NCBI GenBank assembly: GCA_963850305.1
Contig: CAWKKR010000007.1
Span: forward strand, 96,001-160,000
Source: an uncultured delta proteobacterium
GTDB lineage: Bacteria; Myxococcota_A; Polyangia; Polyangiales; Polyangiaceae
Reading direction: 5' to 3'
Length of the DNA: 64,000 nucleotides
Under the pieces are notes generated by a model. The model searched no databases. It was given only the letters and a program-made list of their open reading frames with translations, and was not told where the DNA came from. A program made the translations under genes and the position numbers. Below, piece by piece: positions 41,555-51,165 of this stretch (its first letter is position 1; every line of letters begins with the position of its first letter).

Positions 41555-41815
41555 GACTGGCGTACGGGGAAGGGGGCGATCCTGTTACAGGTCGAGTCGA
41601 GACCAACCGCGCACGCAAACTCGATGTACCAGGGCGCGACCGGGAGACTCGTGCATCGGTAGGTCGGGGGTAACATGGGGGCCGGCGCATCGGTCCAGGT
41701 CGTCCCCGGATGCCCCACCGAGGAAGCGCCGGTACACCGAGACATTCATGCAAAAAGGCACGCGCGTGAGTCCCGTGGCTGGCCCCGGCCCCCGGGAGAC
41801 CTTACGCTGGCGGAA

Positions 41816-42721
41816 ATGGATGCTCAGACGGACCTGGTAGCGCCTGCGCGCCCTGCGGGTCGGACCAAGACGAAGAAGATGGGCCCGGTGGCGGTTGCGC
41901 TGGCCTTCCTGGCCGGCAAACTGAAGTGGGCCTTCGCGGTCTTCAAGCTGGTCAAGCTGGCGACGCTCGCCAGCATGCTGCTCGCGATCGGCGTGTACGC
42001 AACGCTCTGGGGGCTCCCGTTCGCGCTCGGATTCGTGGCTCTGCTCTTCGTGCACGAGATGGGTCACGCGATCGCCATGCGCCGGGAAGGGATCCCCGCG
42101 AGCGCCCCCGTGTTCATCCCTTTCGTCGGGGCCGTCATCGCCATGCGCGGCATGCCGCGGGACGCTTGGGTGGAAGCCGTCGTGGGGATTGGTGGTCCCG
42201 TGCTCGGCACAGCGGGCGCTGCGGCCTGTCTCGTCGTTGCGTTCGTCACGGGGTCGCCGTTCTGGTTCGCGCTCGCCTCGACCGGCTTCATGTTGAACCT
42301 GTTCAACATGATCCCCGTATCGCCGCTCGACGGGGGGCGCGTCGTGGGCGTCGTCAGTCGCTGGCTCTGGGCCGTCGGATTCGTCGTCGGCATCGCCGTC
42401 TTCTTCGTGACCCGCTCGCCGCTGCTCCTGATCATCCTGCTCCTCGGCGCGCTCCAGCTCTGGAAGTCGCTCAAGGCACCGCGCACCGCGTATTACGACG
42501 TGCCTGTCATCCAGAGGGTCACCATGGGCGGCGCCTACTTCGGCCTTCTCGCCCTGATGACGCTCGGCATGTGGGTCTCAGAAGGGCCGCTGCACGCGGT
42601 CGGCGGGAATCAGCTCATGCTAACCGAAGGGGCCACGTTGCTCTTCGGTTCCGTGCCGCTCTTTGCCGGCTGGGCGCGCCGGCTGTTTCCTGGGTTTTCT
42701 GGTGGAGCCGCGGGGAATTGA
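41816..42721 (+). CDS. Site-2 protease (M50) family protein
   Basis: HEMGH, GGP, NMIPVSPLDGGR. Confidence 0.9.
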   Translation: MDAQTDLVAPARPAGRTKTKKMGPVAVALAFLAGKLKWAFAVFKLVKLATLASMLLAIGVYATLWGLPFALGFVALLFVHEMGHAIAMRREGIPASAPVFIPFVGAVIAMRGMPRDAWVEAVVGIGGPVLGTAGAAACLVVAFVTGSPFWFALASTGFMLNLFNMIPVSPLDGGRVVGVVSRWLWAVGFVVGIAVFFVTRSPLLLIILLLGALQLWKSLKAPRTAYYDVPVIQRVTMGGAYFGLLALMTLGMWVSEGPLHAVGGNQLMLTEGATLLFGSVPLFAGWARRLFPGFSGGAAGN

Positions 42722-43042
42722 ACCCCGGTCCGCGAGGCTTCCAATCGACCTTCGTTCACGTGCGTAGTCGCCGTATCCCCGGCGACCGAGTTCGCGGATT
42801 CGGCCGCGACCTATTCTCAACTGTTTCTCGGCAGCGCTATCAGAGACGTTCTCGTGCTGCCCAGCCCTGGTGTCGCGCCCGAACGGTTACGAGGACTACC
42901 TTACCGCCGGACGGCTCAGCGGTTCTTTAGGCCGCGAGAGCGATTGCGTTGTCGTTCGCAAATAACGTGCCGGTTTTAACGTGGACCGGAGCCACTGCAC
43001 GCAGATTGACCTTCAGTCCCCACGTCGAAGCCGATCGGCCCC
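42700..43042 (-). ncRNA. ssrA: tmRNA (transfer-messenger RNA)
   Basis: Minus strand begins GGGGCCGATCGGCTTCGAC and ends GGGGTTCAATTCCCCGCGGCTCCACCA. Internal tag ORF ANDNAIALAA* at 42927-42959. Confidence 0.96.
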
Positions 43043-43108
43043 TGATTGGGTTCGGGGAACATAACACCGTTCCTCGAACATGACAGAGCGGATCCCGAGT
43101 TTGCCGGG

Positions 43109-44233
43109 TCACCCGTCAGCGCGGCGCCGTCGGGCCAGGCCGAGCAAGCCGAGTAAGCCGAGCAGCGCCGCACCGTTCGAGTGCGCGTGGCCCACGCCGA
43201 TCTCGCAGCCCCCGCTGTCTTTGCTGGCACTCTTCGATGTCGCTGATGGCGTCGCGGAGAGATCATTGCCGCCGCCCGCGGAGCCGGTACTCGTGCCTCC
43301 TGTCGGTGTGACGCCCTCCGGCGCTCCGGCGCCGCCCGAGAACGTGCCCGACGCGTCGCTGAGCGTCCCATTGCCGTATGTGTAGCCGAGGTTCGAATAC
43401 GGTGGCACGCACACCAGCTGAACCGGCGGTGTGACCACCGATCCGCAATCGCTGGCGAAGCCACCATCCGGCAGCATGCGCGCGGCGCAGCCGCCTATGC
43501 CCGTCGTGGCGCTGGGATCTTGCTCGCAGAGCCAGCCGGTCGGGCACTGGCTCGTCGCGGTGCACGGCGTATTCGTCGCCTGGCAATGCGACGTTTGCGA
43601 CGTGCAAGTGCAGCTCGGCGGCAAAGGCGCCATTGCGTCGGCCGAACCCCCGGGTGCTGGCGGTGGCGTCGTGTTGCCGGATCCGGAGGGAGCCGGAGGT
43701 GAGCTCGACGGCGAGTCGCCGCCCGCTGACGGTGCTGGTCCCGCGTCGATGGCCGAGCCCCCGGCGCAGGCGCACTCATCCGGTACGCACGTGAAGCCGT
43801 CGCCGCACGCCGCGTCGTTCGTGCAGGGCAGCACGTACTTCGGCACGCACGCGCTCACCGTCTTCGACGTGCAAGTTTCAGCCGGTGTCGCGCAGTTCGA
43901 GTCCGGCGGGCAAGAGGGTTGGTTCGAGACCGGGCAGGCCGTCTCCGTTTGCGAGTAGCAGACCATGCCGTCCGCGCAGTCGCTGTCCGTCGTGCACGGC
44001 GAAGGCACGCACCCCATGATGTCCTGTTCGACGATGCAATCCGGTTGCGCGCACGGTTCTCCGGGCGGACACGCGGGCGCGGCGCATCCGCCGGAGCTTC
44101 CGACGACCTGGCACGTGTAGCTCTTTGGACAATCCGAGTCCGCCGAGCAATCGGCGGCGCGAGCCGCGGTCGAAACGAGAATCAGGGCGCCTGAAGCGAG
44201 CAGCGAGAATCCGGAAATGAAGGGGGCTCTCAT
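43109..44233 (-). CDS. Cys-rich surface protein with MYXO-CTERM-type sorting signal
   Basis: Signal peptide (ARA-A), CxxDxDC repeats, tail SGGCEIG..AALLGLLGLLGLARRRR. Confidence 0.85.
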   Translation of the reverse strand: MRAPFISGFSLLASGALILVSTAARAADCSADSDCPKSYTCQVVGSSGGCAAPACPPGEPCAQPDCIVEQDIMGCVPSPCTTDSDCADGMVCYSQTETACPVSNQPSCPPDSNCATPAETCTSKTVSACVPKYVLPCTNDAACGDGFTCVPDECACAGGSAIDAGPAPSAGGDSPSSSPPAPSGSGNTTPPPAPGGSADAMAPLPPSCTCTSQTSHCQATNTPCTATSQCPTGWLCEQDPSATTGIGGCAARMLPDGGFASDCGSVVTPPVQLVCVPPYSNLGYTYGNGTLSDASGTFSGGAGAPEGVTPTGGTSTGSAGGGNDLSATPSATSKSASKDSGGCEIGVGHAHSNGAALLGLLGLLGLARRRRADG

Positions 44234-44288
44234 GATGTTTTCTCCCGGCCGCCTGCGGTTCGGGAAAGAGCGGCCTACGGTTCCCAAG

Positions 44289-44304
44289 AGCACGGCTCGT
44301 GCCA
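44289..44304 (-). promoter_or_regulatory. Putative sigma-54 promoter (-24/-12)
   Basis: Minus strand TGGCACGAGCCGTGCT (GG-N10-GC), about 55 nt upstream of the MYXO-CTERM gene. Confidence 0.65.
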
Positions 44305-44479
44305 TCCGTATTCGGCTTTAATCAACTGTTTAGCGGCGCCTCGGGCTGTGCCAGCGTGTGCCATTCGCCGGCTTTTCGCAATCCCCCGGATCTCGGCGCC
44401 AGGTTCGGCGGCGCGTCGGGCTTGCCACGCGACGCTTCGCGTCCGAAACCTGACGGCACCCAGAAGGAGAGGGATGCAA

Positions 44480-45391
44480 ATGAAGCGGATACTCGTTTCG
44501 GGGGCCACGGGGTTCATCGGGGGCCGGCTCGTCGGCGCGCTTCTCACGCGCGGCGACGCGGTCACGGCCTTCACACGCGGTGCTTCGGGTGAGCGACGCA
44601 CGCCCGACGGCGTGGTCCGCTTCGAGCACTGGGATCCGCGTGGCGTCGAGCCGCTCGCGCTGCCCGAAGCCGACGCCATCGTGCACCTCGCCGGGGAGCC
44701 CGCGATCGGCTCGTACTGGACCGCGGCTCGCATGCACGAAATCGAAGCGAGTCGCGTCGAGAGCACCGAGCGTCTCGTCGCGGCGATCGAACGCGCCGCA
44801 TCTCGTCCCGCGGTGCTCGTGTGCTCGTCCGGCGTCGGTTACTACGGCGCTCGCGACGGCGAACCGCTCGACGAGTCCACGCCGCCGGGTCGTGACTTTC
44901 TCGCTCATGTGACGATCGGATGGGAGCGTGCCGCGGCCCGCGCGGAGTCGTTCGGGGTGCGCGTCGTTTGCACGCGGTTCGGCGTCGTCTTCGGAAAGGG
45001 CGGCGGCGCGCTCACGGAGATGGTGAAGCCGTTCAAGCTCTTCGTCGGTGGTCCGATCGGCTCCGGCAAACAGATCGTCTCGTGGATCCACCTCGACGAC
45101 GCCGTCGGCGCGTTGCTCCTCGCCCTCGACGACGAACGCCTGCGCGGCCCCGTGAACGTCACGTCACCGAACGCGGTCACGAATCGTGAGCTCGCGACGG
45201 CCATCGGACGAGCACTCGGCCGTCCTTCGGCGCTCCCCGTTCCCGCAGTCGCGCTTCGGCTCCGCTTCGGCGAAGGCGCCGACCCGCTCGTCACTGGCCA
45301 GCGCGGCATCCCGCGCGCGCTCACCGAAGCCGGCTATGCCTTCCGTTACCCGACTGTCGGAGGCGCGCTCGATCAAGTCCTGAAAGCGTGA
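44480..45391 (+). CDS. TIGR01777-family NAD-dependent epimerase/oxidoreductase
   Basis: SGATGFIG, HLAGE, SRVEST, GVGYYG, WIHLDD, GPVNVTSP. Confidence 0.9.
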   Translation: MKRILVSGATGFIGGRLVGALLTRGDAVTAFTRGASGERRTPDGVVRFEHWDPRGVEPLALPEADAIVHLAGEPAIGSYWTAARMHEIEASRVESTERLVAAIERAASRPAVLVCSSGVGYYGARDGEPLDESTPPGRDFLAHVTIGWERAAARAESFGVRVVCTRFGVVFGKGGGALTEMVKPFKLFVGGPIGSGKQIVSWIHLDDAVGALLLALDDERLRGPVNVTSPNAVTNRELATAIGRALGRPSALPVPAVALRLRFGEGADPLVTGQRGIPRALTEAGYAFRYPTVGGALDQVLKA

Positions 45392-45428
45392 GCGCCGCTC
45401 GAGGCTGCCCCCCATCGTCCGCCGCAAC

Positions 45429-45474
45429 GGCGGCCGGTTCCCCCCAAATCGCGCCGCCAGGCGCCGCTCAGGGG
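45429..45474. repeat. Dispersed intergenic repeat (REP-like), copy B
   Basis: ggcggccggttccccccaaatcgc...ccgctcagggg between convergent genes; inverted relative to 22240-22275. Confidence 0.6.
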
Positions 45475-45551
45475 GGAACCCCGCTAACCCCGCTTCCCCG
45501 ACGGCCCCGATTGGAAGTCGGGCCGGATTAGGTGACGGAGGACGCCGCAGC

Positions 45552-47096
45552 TCACGGCGTTCGCGCGTCGGAGAGGACTGCGGAGCACGGCAGAGTACGC
45601 GGCGTGCCGATGGGCTCGCGGGTCCACCAGGCGCCGGTGCGTCGTCGCTGCTCGGGCGTCGTGAAGTGGTATTGAAAGAACTCCACGCGCGCGGCGTCCG
45701 GCGAAGCGGGGAGGGGACCGACGAACAGCGACGCGACCGACGAAGGATCGGTGCACAGCTTTTCGAGCAGCGTGCCGACGTATTCGGGGACGCTTCTTTC
45801 GTACCCGAGCCCGTAAAACCACAAAAGAAAATCGACCCGCGGTTGATGCGGCGCCACGAACGGCGGCGCGCGCTCCGGATCCCCCGGCTTGTAGTGGAGA
45901 TCGTGCTCCGTCCACTTTTCGCCTTCGAGCGTCTCGAACGTGGGCTCGATGCGCTCGCGCGTGATCTGCGCGAACAGGTGATACGTGTTCACCAGGCGCA
46001 GGCTGTAAATGTCCTCCATGATGCTCGTTGCGATCGCGCTCCGCGGGGCGGCGGGAAAGAATGTCTGAACCGCCTCTTCGTACGACACCGCGACGTAGAC
46101 GGACGTGATGACGACAGCGAACGTGAGGCGCGCGATCCGCAGAGGCGTCGCGGTTTTCTCGGTCACCGCCCGGCGCACGAGTTGGGCGAACGGTCGCGCG
46201 GCACGGCGCTTCGCGAGCCGGAACCTGGCGCGCGCGCGTCGTGTTCGGCGCAGCAGCGGCGCAAAGGGACGCGCGAGACGCTTCACGTCCTTCCCGTCGA
46301 GCAACGTCATCCCGAGAACGAGCGCGAGGTAACTGAAGAAGCCGTAGTTGGCCGTCGCGATGTTCAGAAGCTGGAAGCCCGTGAACACGACTACGGCGAT
46401 GAGCCGTCCCGGGCGCGGCAAGAAGATCAAGAACGGCACGCCGAGCTCGAAGACGAGAGTCGCGTGGCTCTCGAGCGCGTGCCACGCCGCCGGAAGATGG
46501 TGTGCGTACCACGCGATCCACGTCGGGATCGGCGCGGTCTCGTAGTAGTAGGCCATCGCGCTGCCGTCCTTCCAGTCCCCGAGCGGCGACCCGAGCTTCG
46601 CGAGGCCGGACTCGAAGTAGAGCTTGAACAGCGCGACACGCAGAAGAAACCAGACCCACCGCTGCGGCTTGCGCGCGGACAGGAGCGCGCCGAGCGCGCC
46701 GCATTCGAGCAGCAGGTTGTCCCACTGGAACCCGAGAAAGCTGCGCGCGACGACCGCATAGCCCAGATAAAGCAACGTCGTCGCGGCGAACGCGAGCCGC
46801 GGCATCACCCCGAGCAGCGCGAGTAGCGCGAACCCGATCCCCGCCGCGATACCCATGTGCAGCGCCGCGTCGCTCGCGTCGAAGCGCAACAGAGTCGGCG
46901 CGTCGAGGAACGTGATGTCCGGCCGCGCCGCGATGCGTTCCACCAGATCTTTCGCGGGTAACAGTCCGTGACTGCCGATGAGCACGTCGATCTGCACCCC
47001 GAGCGAGGCCCACGCGACGAGGAACGTGACTGCGAGCGATCGTTGAAAGAGCCGAGCCACGGGAGCTCGGTCATCTGCGGCGAGCGCGACCGTCAT
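45552..47096 (-). CDS. Lipase maturation factor (LMF1) family membrane protein
   Basis: LIGSHGLLP, FQWDNLLLECG, YETAPIP, ANYGFFSYL, YHLFAQITRER, KPGD, APHQPRVD. Confidence 0.88.
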   Translation of the reverse strand: MTVALAADDRAPVARLFQRSLAVTFLVAWASLGVQIDVLIGSHGLLPAKDLVERIAARPDITFLDAPTLLRFDASDAALHMGIAAGIGFALLALLGVMPRLAFAATTLLYLGYAVVARSFLGFQWDNLLLECGALGALLSARKPQRWVWFLLRVALFKLYFESGLAKLGSPLGDWKDGSAMAYYYETAPIPTWIAWYAHHLPAAWHALESHATLVFELGVPFLIFLPRPGRLIAVVVFTGFQLLNIATANYGFFSYLALVLGMTLLDGKDVKRLARPFAPLLRRTRRARARFRLAKRRAARPFAQLVRRAVTEKTATPLRIARLTFAVVITSVYVAVSYEEAVQTFFPAAPRSAIATSIMEDIYSLRLVNTYHLFAQITRERIEPTFETLEGEKWTEHDLHYKPGDPERAPPFVAPHQPRVDFLLWFYGLGYERSVPEYVGTLLEKLCTDPSSVASLFVGPLPASPDAARVEFFQYHFTTPEQRRRTGAWWTREPIGTPRTLPCSAVLSDARTP

Positions 47097-48427
47097 GGTT
47101 TCAGCGAGAGATCGCGCGACCCTTCGGGCTCATGTTCCGCGACCGCCGCCAGTGCGATGGCGCGCCGCGACGCCCAGGCGCCCGTGATCAGCCGCGCGCC
47201 GCGCTTGTAGGTGAAGTAATTCCAGGCCCAGGTGAAGAGCACGATGAACCGATTCCGGAATCCGATCAGATACCAGATATGGACAAACAGCCATGCGAGC
47301 CACGCAATGAGGCCGTGAAGCCGCAGTTTTCCCATCTCGGCCACCGCGCGCGACCGCCCGATCGTCGCCATGCTGCCCTTGTCGACGTACTCGAACTTCT
47401 CGGACGCACTCGGTCCGCCCGAGCGCGCCCTGATGAGCCGCGCGACGAACCGCCCTTGCTGCATCGCGACGGGGCTCACGCCGGGGATAGGATGGTCCGA
47501 GCCTTCAGGGACGAAGCGCGCCGCGTCCCCGATCACGAACGCTTCCGGGTGCCCCGGAATCGAGCAATCCGCGTTCACCTTCACCCGGCCTGCTCGGTCG
47601 AGCTCGACCCCGAGCGTCCCTGTCAGACTCTTCGCCTTGACGCCCGCGGTCCACAGCACCGTCGTCGCTTGCAATCGCTCCCCGTCGATATCTACTCCGT
47701 GCTCGTCGATCCCGGTGACGCGCGTTCCGAGCCGCACCTCGACGCCGATGCGCTCGAGCTCGCTCTTCGCGTTCTCGGAGAGGTGCGGCGCGAAGCCGCC
47801 CGAGAGCAGCCGGTCCCCCATCTCCACCAGGACGACGCGCGGCCGCTCGTTCCGGATGCGCCGGAAATCGTCGGCGAGCACGAACTTGCCGAGCTCGGTG
47901 AGCGCCCCTGCGACCTCGACCCCGGTCGGCCCTCCGCCGATGACGACGAACGTCAGGAGCCGCCGGCGCGCCTCGGGGTCGTCCTCGCGTTCCGCGGCCT
48001 CGAACGCGAGCAGCACGCGACGGCGCACCTCGATAGCGTCGTCGACCGTCTTCATCCCGAGCGCCCACTTCGCCCACTCGTCCTTGCCGAAGTAGTTCGT
48101 CTTCGCCCCGATCGCGACGATCAGGAAGTCGTACGCGACGCTCTTTCCGTCTTCGAGCACGACACGACGGTCCGCGAGCTCGACGCGCGTCACGTCGGCC
48201 AGGAGCACCTGCACGCGCTCGTGTTCCTTCAGCACCGACCGGATCGGCACTGCGATATCGGCCGGACTAAGCCCGGCCATCGCGACCTGATAGAGGAGTG
48301 GCTGAAACAGGTGATAGTTCGCGCGATCGATCAGCGTGATCTGCGCGTTCGTGCGGCGGAACGACTGCGCCGCCGTGAGGCCGCCGAACCCGCCGCCGAT
48401 GATCACCACCCGTGGCGCCGGCTTCAC
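47093..48427 (-). CDS. ndh: Type II NADH:quinone oxidoreductase (NDH-2) family
   Basis: GGGFGG, FQPLLYQVA, GGGPTGVE, WTAGV, GD, AMQQG, DKGSMATIGR. Confidence 0.9.
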   Translation of the reverse strand: MKPAPRVVIIGGGFGGLTAAQSFRRTNAQITLIDRANYHLFQPLLYQVAMAGLSPADIAVPIRSVLKEHERVQVLLADVTRVELADRRVVLEDGKSVAYDFLIVAIGAKTNYFGKDEWAKWALGMKTVDDAIEVRRRVLLAFEAAEREDDPEARRRLLTFVVIGGGPTGVEVAGALTELGKFVLADDFRRIRNERPRVVLVEMGDRLLSGGFAPHLSENAKSELERIGVEVRLGTRVTGIDEHGVDIDGERLQATTVLWTAGVKAKSLTGTLGVELDRAGRVKVNADCSIPGHPEAFVIGDAARFVPEGSDHPIPGVSPVAMQQGRFVARLIRARSGGPSASEKFEYVDKGSMATIGRSRAVAEMGKLRLHGLIAWLAWLFVHIWYLIGFRNRFIVLFTWAWNYFTYKRGARLITGAWASRRAIALAAVAEHEPEGSRDLSLKP

Positions 48428-48630
48428 GTGGGTGCTCCGAGCTCGTGTCCCTGACACACGAGCACCGGCAAGCGCGGGTACTTCGAGAATCGCGCGTCCG
48501 TCTTCGAGCGCTCGCACAGCCAGAACACGCTGCCTCTCGCCGACACGACCGCGCGCGCGTGCTGACACCGTCCGCAGAGCCCGGCTTTCCGCGACTCCTC
48601 GGCGCTCGGTCTCGGACTCTCGCTCATCAT
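48424..48630 (-). CDS. Small four-Cys protein
   Basis: GLCGRCQHAR...SVFWLCERSKTDARFSKYPRLPVLVC; GTGA overlap with ndh. Confidence 0.7.
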   Translation of the reverse strand: MMSESPRPSAEESRKAGLCGRCQHARAVVSARGSVFWLCERSKTDARFSKYPRLPVLVCQGHELGAPT

Positions 48631-48658
48631 CTTCCGCCGCTTCTCGGAGCGGATCTTG

Positions 48659-49438
48659 TCACTCCTGGTCGGTCTTCTGCTTCCAAAAGAATCCACGCGC
48701 CAATCGATCGTTCCGGAACGCATCGAGAGCCTCGAAGTCGAGATCGTAGACCCGCGTCGCATCGCCGACCGGCTGGAACAACTGCTCCGGGTCCACGGTC
48801 GTCGGATCCGCGAACCCTGCGACCCCGCTCGGCCCCATGCCGGCGAGCCCCGACACGTGCGCCCAGTCACTCACTCCCACATAGGCGCCGAACTCATACG
48901 CGCGCGCGACGGCGAGGTGTCCCCACAGCCGTCGCGAGTAGTCCGGCGTCGGCTTCCGAGTGACCGACAGTGCCGGCACCACGATGAGCTCCGGCAGCGT
49001 TGCCGCCCGATAGAACAGATCCGAGAACCAGAAGTCCGCGCACACGAGCACGAGCACGTGTCGCCCGCCGATCGTGAACTCCCCGAGTCCCGACCCTTCA
49101 CGAACCCGTTCGCGCTCCGCGGCATAAGGCCGCAGCTTCTCGTACGACCCAAGCACACCGCCCGACGCGTCCGCGACCACGCCCCGGTTCACGGCAAACC
49201 CATCGCGCGCCTCGTGGTGCGACCCTCCCACGACGTGACACCCCAGCCGTCGCGCAAGAGCACGAACGCCGTCTTCGTACGCCGCGCGCGACGGACGCAG
49301 ATCGAAATGTTCCGGCAGCACGACGACATCGTCCGGCTCGCGCTCGCCCGAATGCGGTTCGAGCAGCCGCGCCACCGCGCCGACGTTGTCCGCGTTCGCG
49401 TCATAAGCGAGCAAAGGTTGAACGAGCACCAGCTTCAC
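48659..49438 (-). CDS. Carbon-nitrogen hydrolase (nitrilase family)
   Basis: E-K-C triad: LPEH, YEK, VCADFW. Confidence 0.85.
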   Translation of the reverse strand: MKLVLVQPLLAYDANADNVGAVARLLEPHSGEREPDDVVVLPEHFDLRPSRAAYEDGVRALARRLGCHVVGGSHHEARDGFAVNRGVVADASGGVLGSYEKLRPYAAERERVREGSGLGEFTIGGRHVLVLVCADFWFSDLFYRAATLPELIVVPALSVTRKPTPDYSRRLWGHLAVARAYEFGAYVGVSDWAHVSGLAGMGPSGVAGFADPTTVDPEQLFQPVGDATRVYDLDFEALDAFRNDRLARGFFWKQKTDQE

Positions 49439-49807
49439 GGGTCTTGCCTGGACATCCTGATCACAATCCGAGGTAACCCGTCCTTGCGTGCATGTCCTCC
49501 TCTTTCCAGCTCTCCAATTTCACCATCACCGACGGCGCGGTGCCCGGACGGGACGACCCGGTCCACGTCGAGCGCCCACGACGACAGCGCCCTGACAGGT
49601 TGCGACGGCGGCACCAACGACAGCCCCGGCCTCCTGGGAGTGTCGAGCGCCAGCTCCCTGTACACGCCCCGGGCCCCTTTCGCGCCCGGCGCGGTTGCCC
49701 CATGGTGCCGGTCGAACGTCGCGCAACTCGCCGCTTCCGCATCGAGGGGTGCTTGCGCCGGTCCGGCGCCGGCGGTACGAGAACCACCAGGGGACAATTC
49801 CGGGAAG

Positions 49808-50010
49808 ATGAAGCGCACTATCCGCGTGGCAGCAAGCTTCGAAGAAGCGGACGCGCTGGATCGCGAGGACGTTGCGCGCATGAGCTTCGCGGAACGCGTG
49901 TCGGCGGTGGCAGAACTGCGGAGGAGTTGGTTCGGTGAAGATGGAGTTCGGTCGCGACTGGTCCGAGTTCTTGCGTCTTCTGATCTCGCATCGCGTAAGG
50001 TTCGTGCTTG
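49808..50010 (+). pseudogene. Small protein plus N-terminus of a nucleotidyltransferase-like gene, truncated
   Basis: MKRTIRVAASFEEADALDREDVARMSFAER overlaps MEFGRDWSEFLRLLISHRVRFVL, which breaks off where a GG/DxD region would be expected. Confidence 0.5.
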
Positions 50011-50303
50011 CAACGGCGGCGCTCCCCTTCGCGTGCGCGTCCTCACCTCCACTGAAGCTCCCCGGCGACCCATGCCGTGAGGGCGTCTGTCCCGATGGCA
50101 CGCGCTGCGAAACGTGGGAGGAGATCTCGAGAAGGGCCGGAGGCACGCGCGGTCCCCCGAAGTCCCGACCCGAATGCGTTCTCATGCCGGAGCGTTGCGT
50201 GTCGGCGACCGATTGCTCCCACAAATGGATGGAATGCAGACACGGCAACTCGGGCCCCGATGACATCGGCTTCTGCATAGAGCCGCCGATGACGATCCAA
50301 TGA
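50010..50303 (+). pseudogene. Cys-rich lipoprotein remnant fused to the preceding fragment
   Basis: ATAALPFAC lipobox without its own start; CREGVCPDG...CVSATDC. Confidence 0.45.
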
Positions 50304-50364
50304 ATGGTCGACCGTGGGCGACGTAGCCAGGACGAGCGCGGCGCGCGCGCTAGACTCTGGGCGC

Positions 50365-51016
50365 GTGGCGCGCAGGTTCATCTGGATGTCGGTGGCGGTC
50401 TGTTCGATCGCGTTCGCGGCGTGCGGCGGACGCGTTCTCGAATCGGGCGCGGGGGCGAGCGACGGGGGCGCGGGCGGTGACGGCGCGTTCGGCGGCTACG
50501 CGGGCAGTGACGACCTGCGAGCCTTGCCCGCCCACGACTTGTCCAGGGACGTTCTGCCCGCCCGGGCAATCTCCCGTGACGCCGCCCGGACAGTGCTGTC
50601 CGGTGTGCAGCGGCGTCAGCTGCGCGGCAGTGGACTGTGTGCCGGTTCCTTGCGGGCCCGGCTACGTTCCGGTCACCCCGGTGGGAGGGTGCTGTCCCGT
50701 CTGCACCGCGAGCACCGCAGACGCGTCGGTCAACCAGTGCAACAACGACGCCTACCAACAGATGGTGGACAACCTGATCGCACAAACCGGCGCGACCAAG
50801 TGCACGACTGCCGGGGATTGCACCATGGAGTCCTTGAACACCAACTGCCCGACGGCTTGCTCGACCGCCGTCAACTCCAGCATCGCGGACGAGCTACTCA
50901 AAGCCATTCAATCGAACCCGAGCTGCACCGGCTGCTATCCCCAGGACGACTACTGCCCGCCGTCGCCGTCGGCCGAATGCATCAACGGCTCGTGCGCCGC
51001 CGTCACGCCGCTATAG
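50365..51016 (+). CDS. Cys-rich lipoprotein (1-nt frameshift near 50503)
   Basis: Lipobox FAAC-GGRV. Removing one G joins it to ORF 50477..51016, which has CCPVC repeats. Confidence 0.65.
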
Positions 51017-51165
51017 GTTCCTCGAGCGTCCCGCGCTGCCCGACCGGGTGAGGCGAAGGCCGTCTTTTCCGGCGGCACCGAGCTTTCGGCGATCGAGTCC
51101 CTGGGCGCCCGAGCCGAGCCGCGACCTTTGCCGGCCCTCGCGTCTCGGCGCGTCGCTGACATCCT

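Noticed and set aside
42700..42735. tRNA gene
   Set aside because: The T-arm and CCA end belong to tmRNA: a matching 5' end and a tag ORF are present, and there is no anticodon arm.
7849..43042. Dedicated ribosome-rescue locus (arfB plus ssrA)
   Set aside because: The genes are 35 kb apart with unrelated genes between and no smpB; probably coincidental.
49440..49800. Coding gene upstream of the nitrilase-family gene
   Set aside because: No frame gave a recognisable motif; left uncalled.
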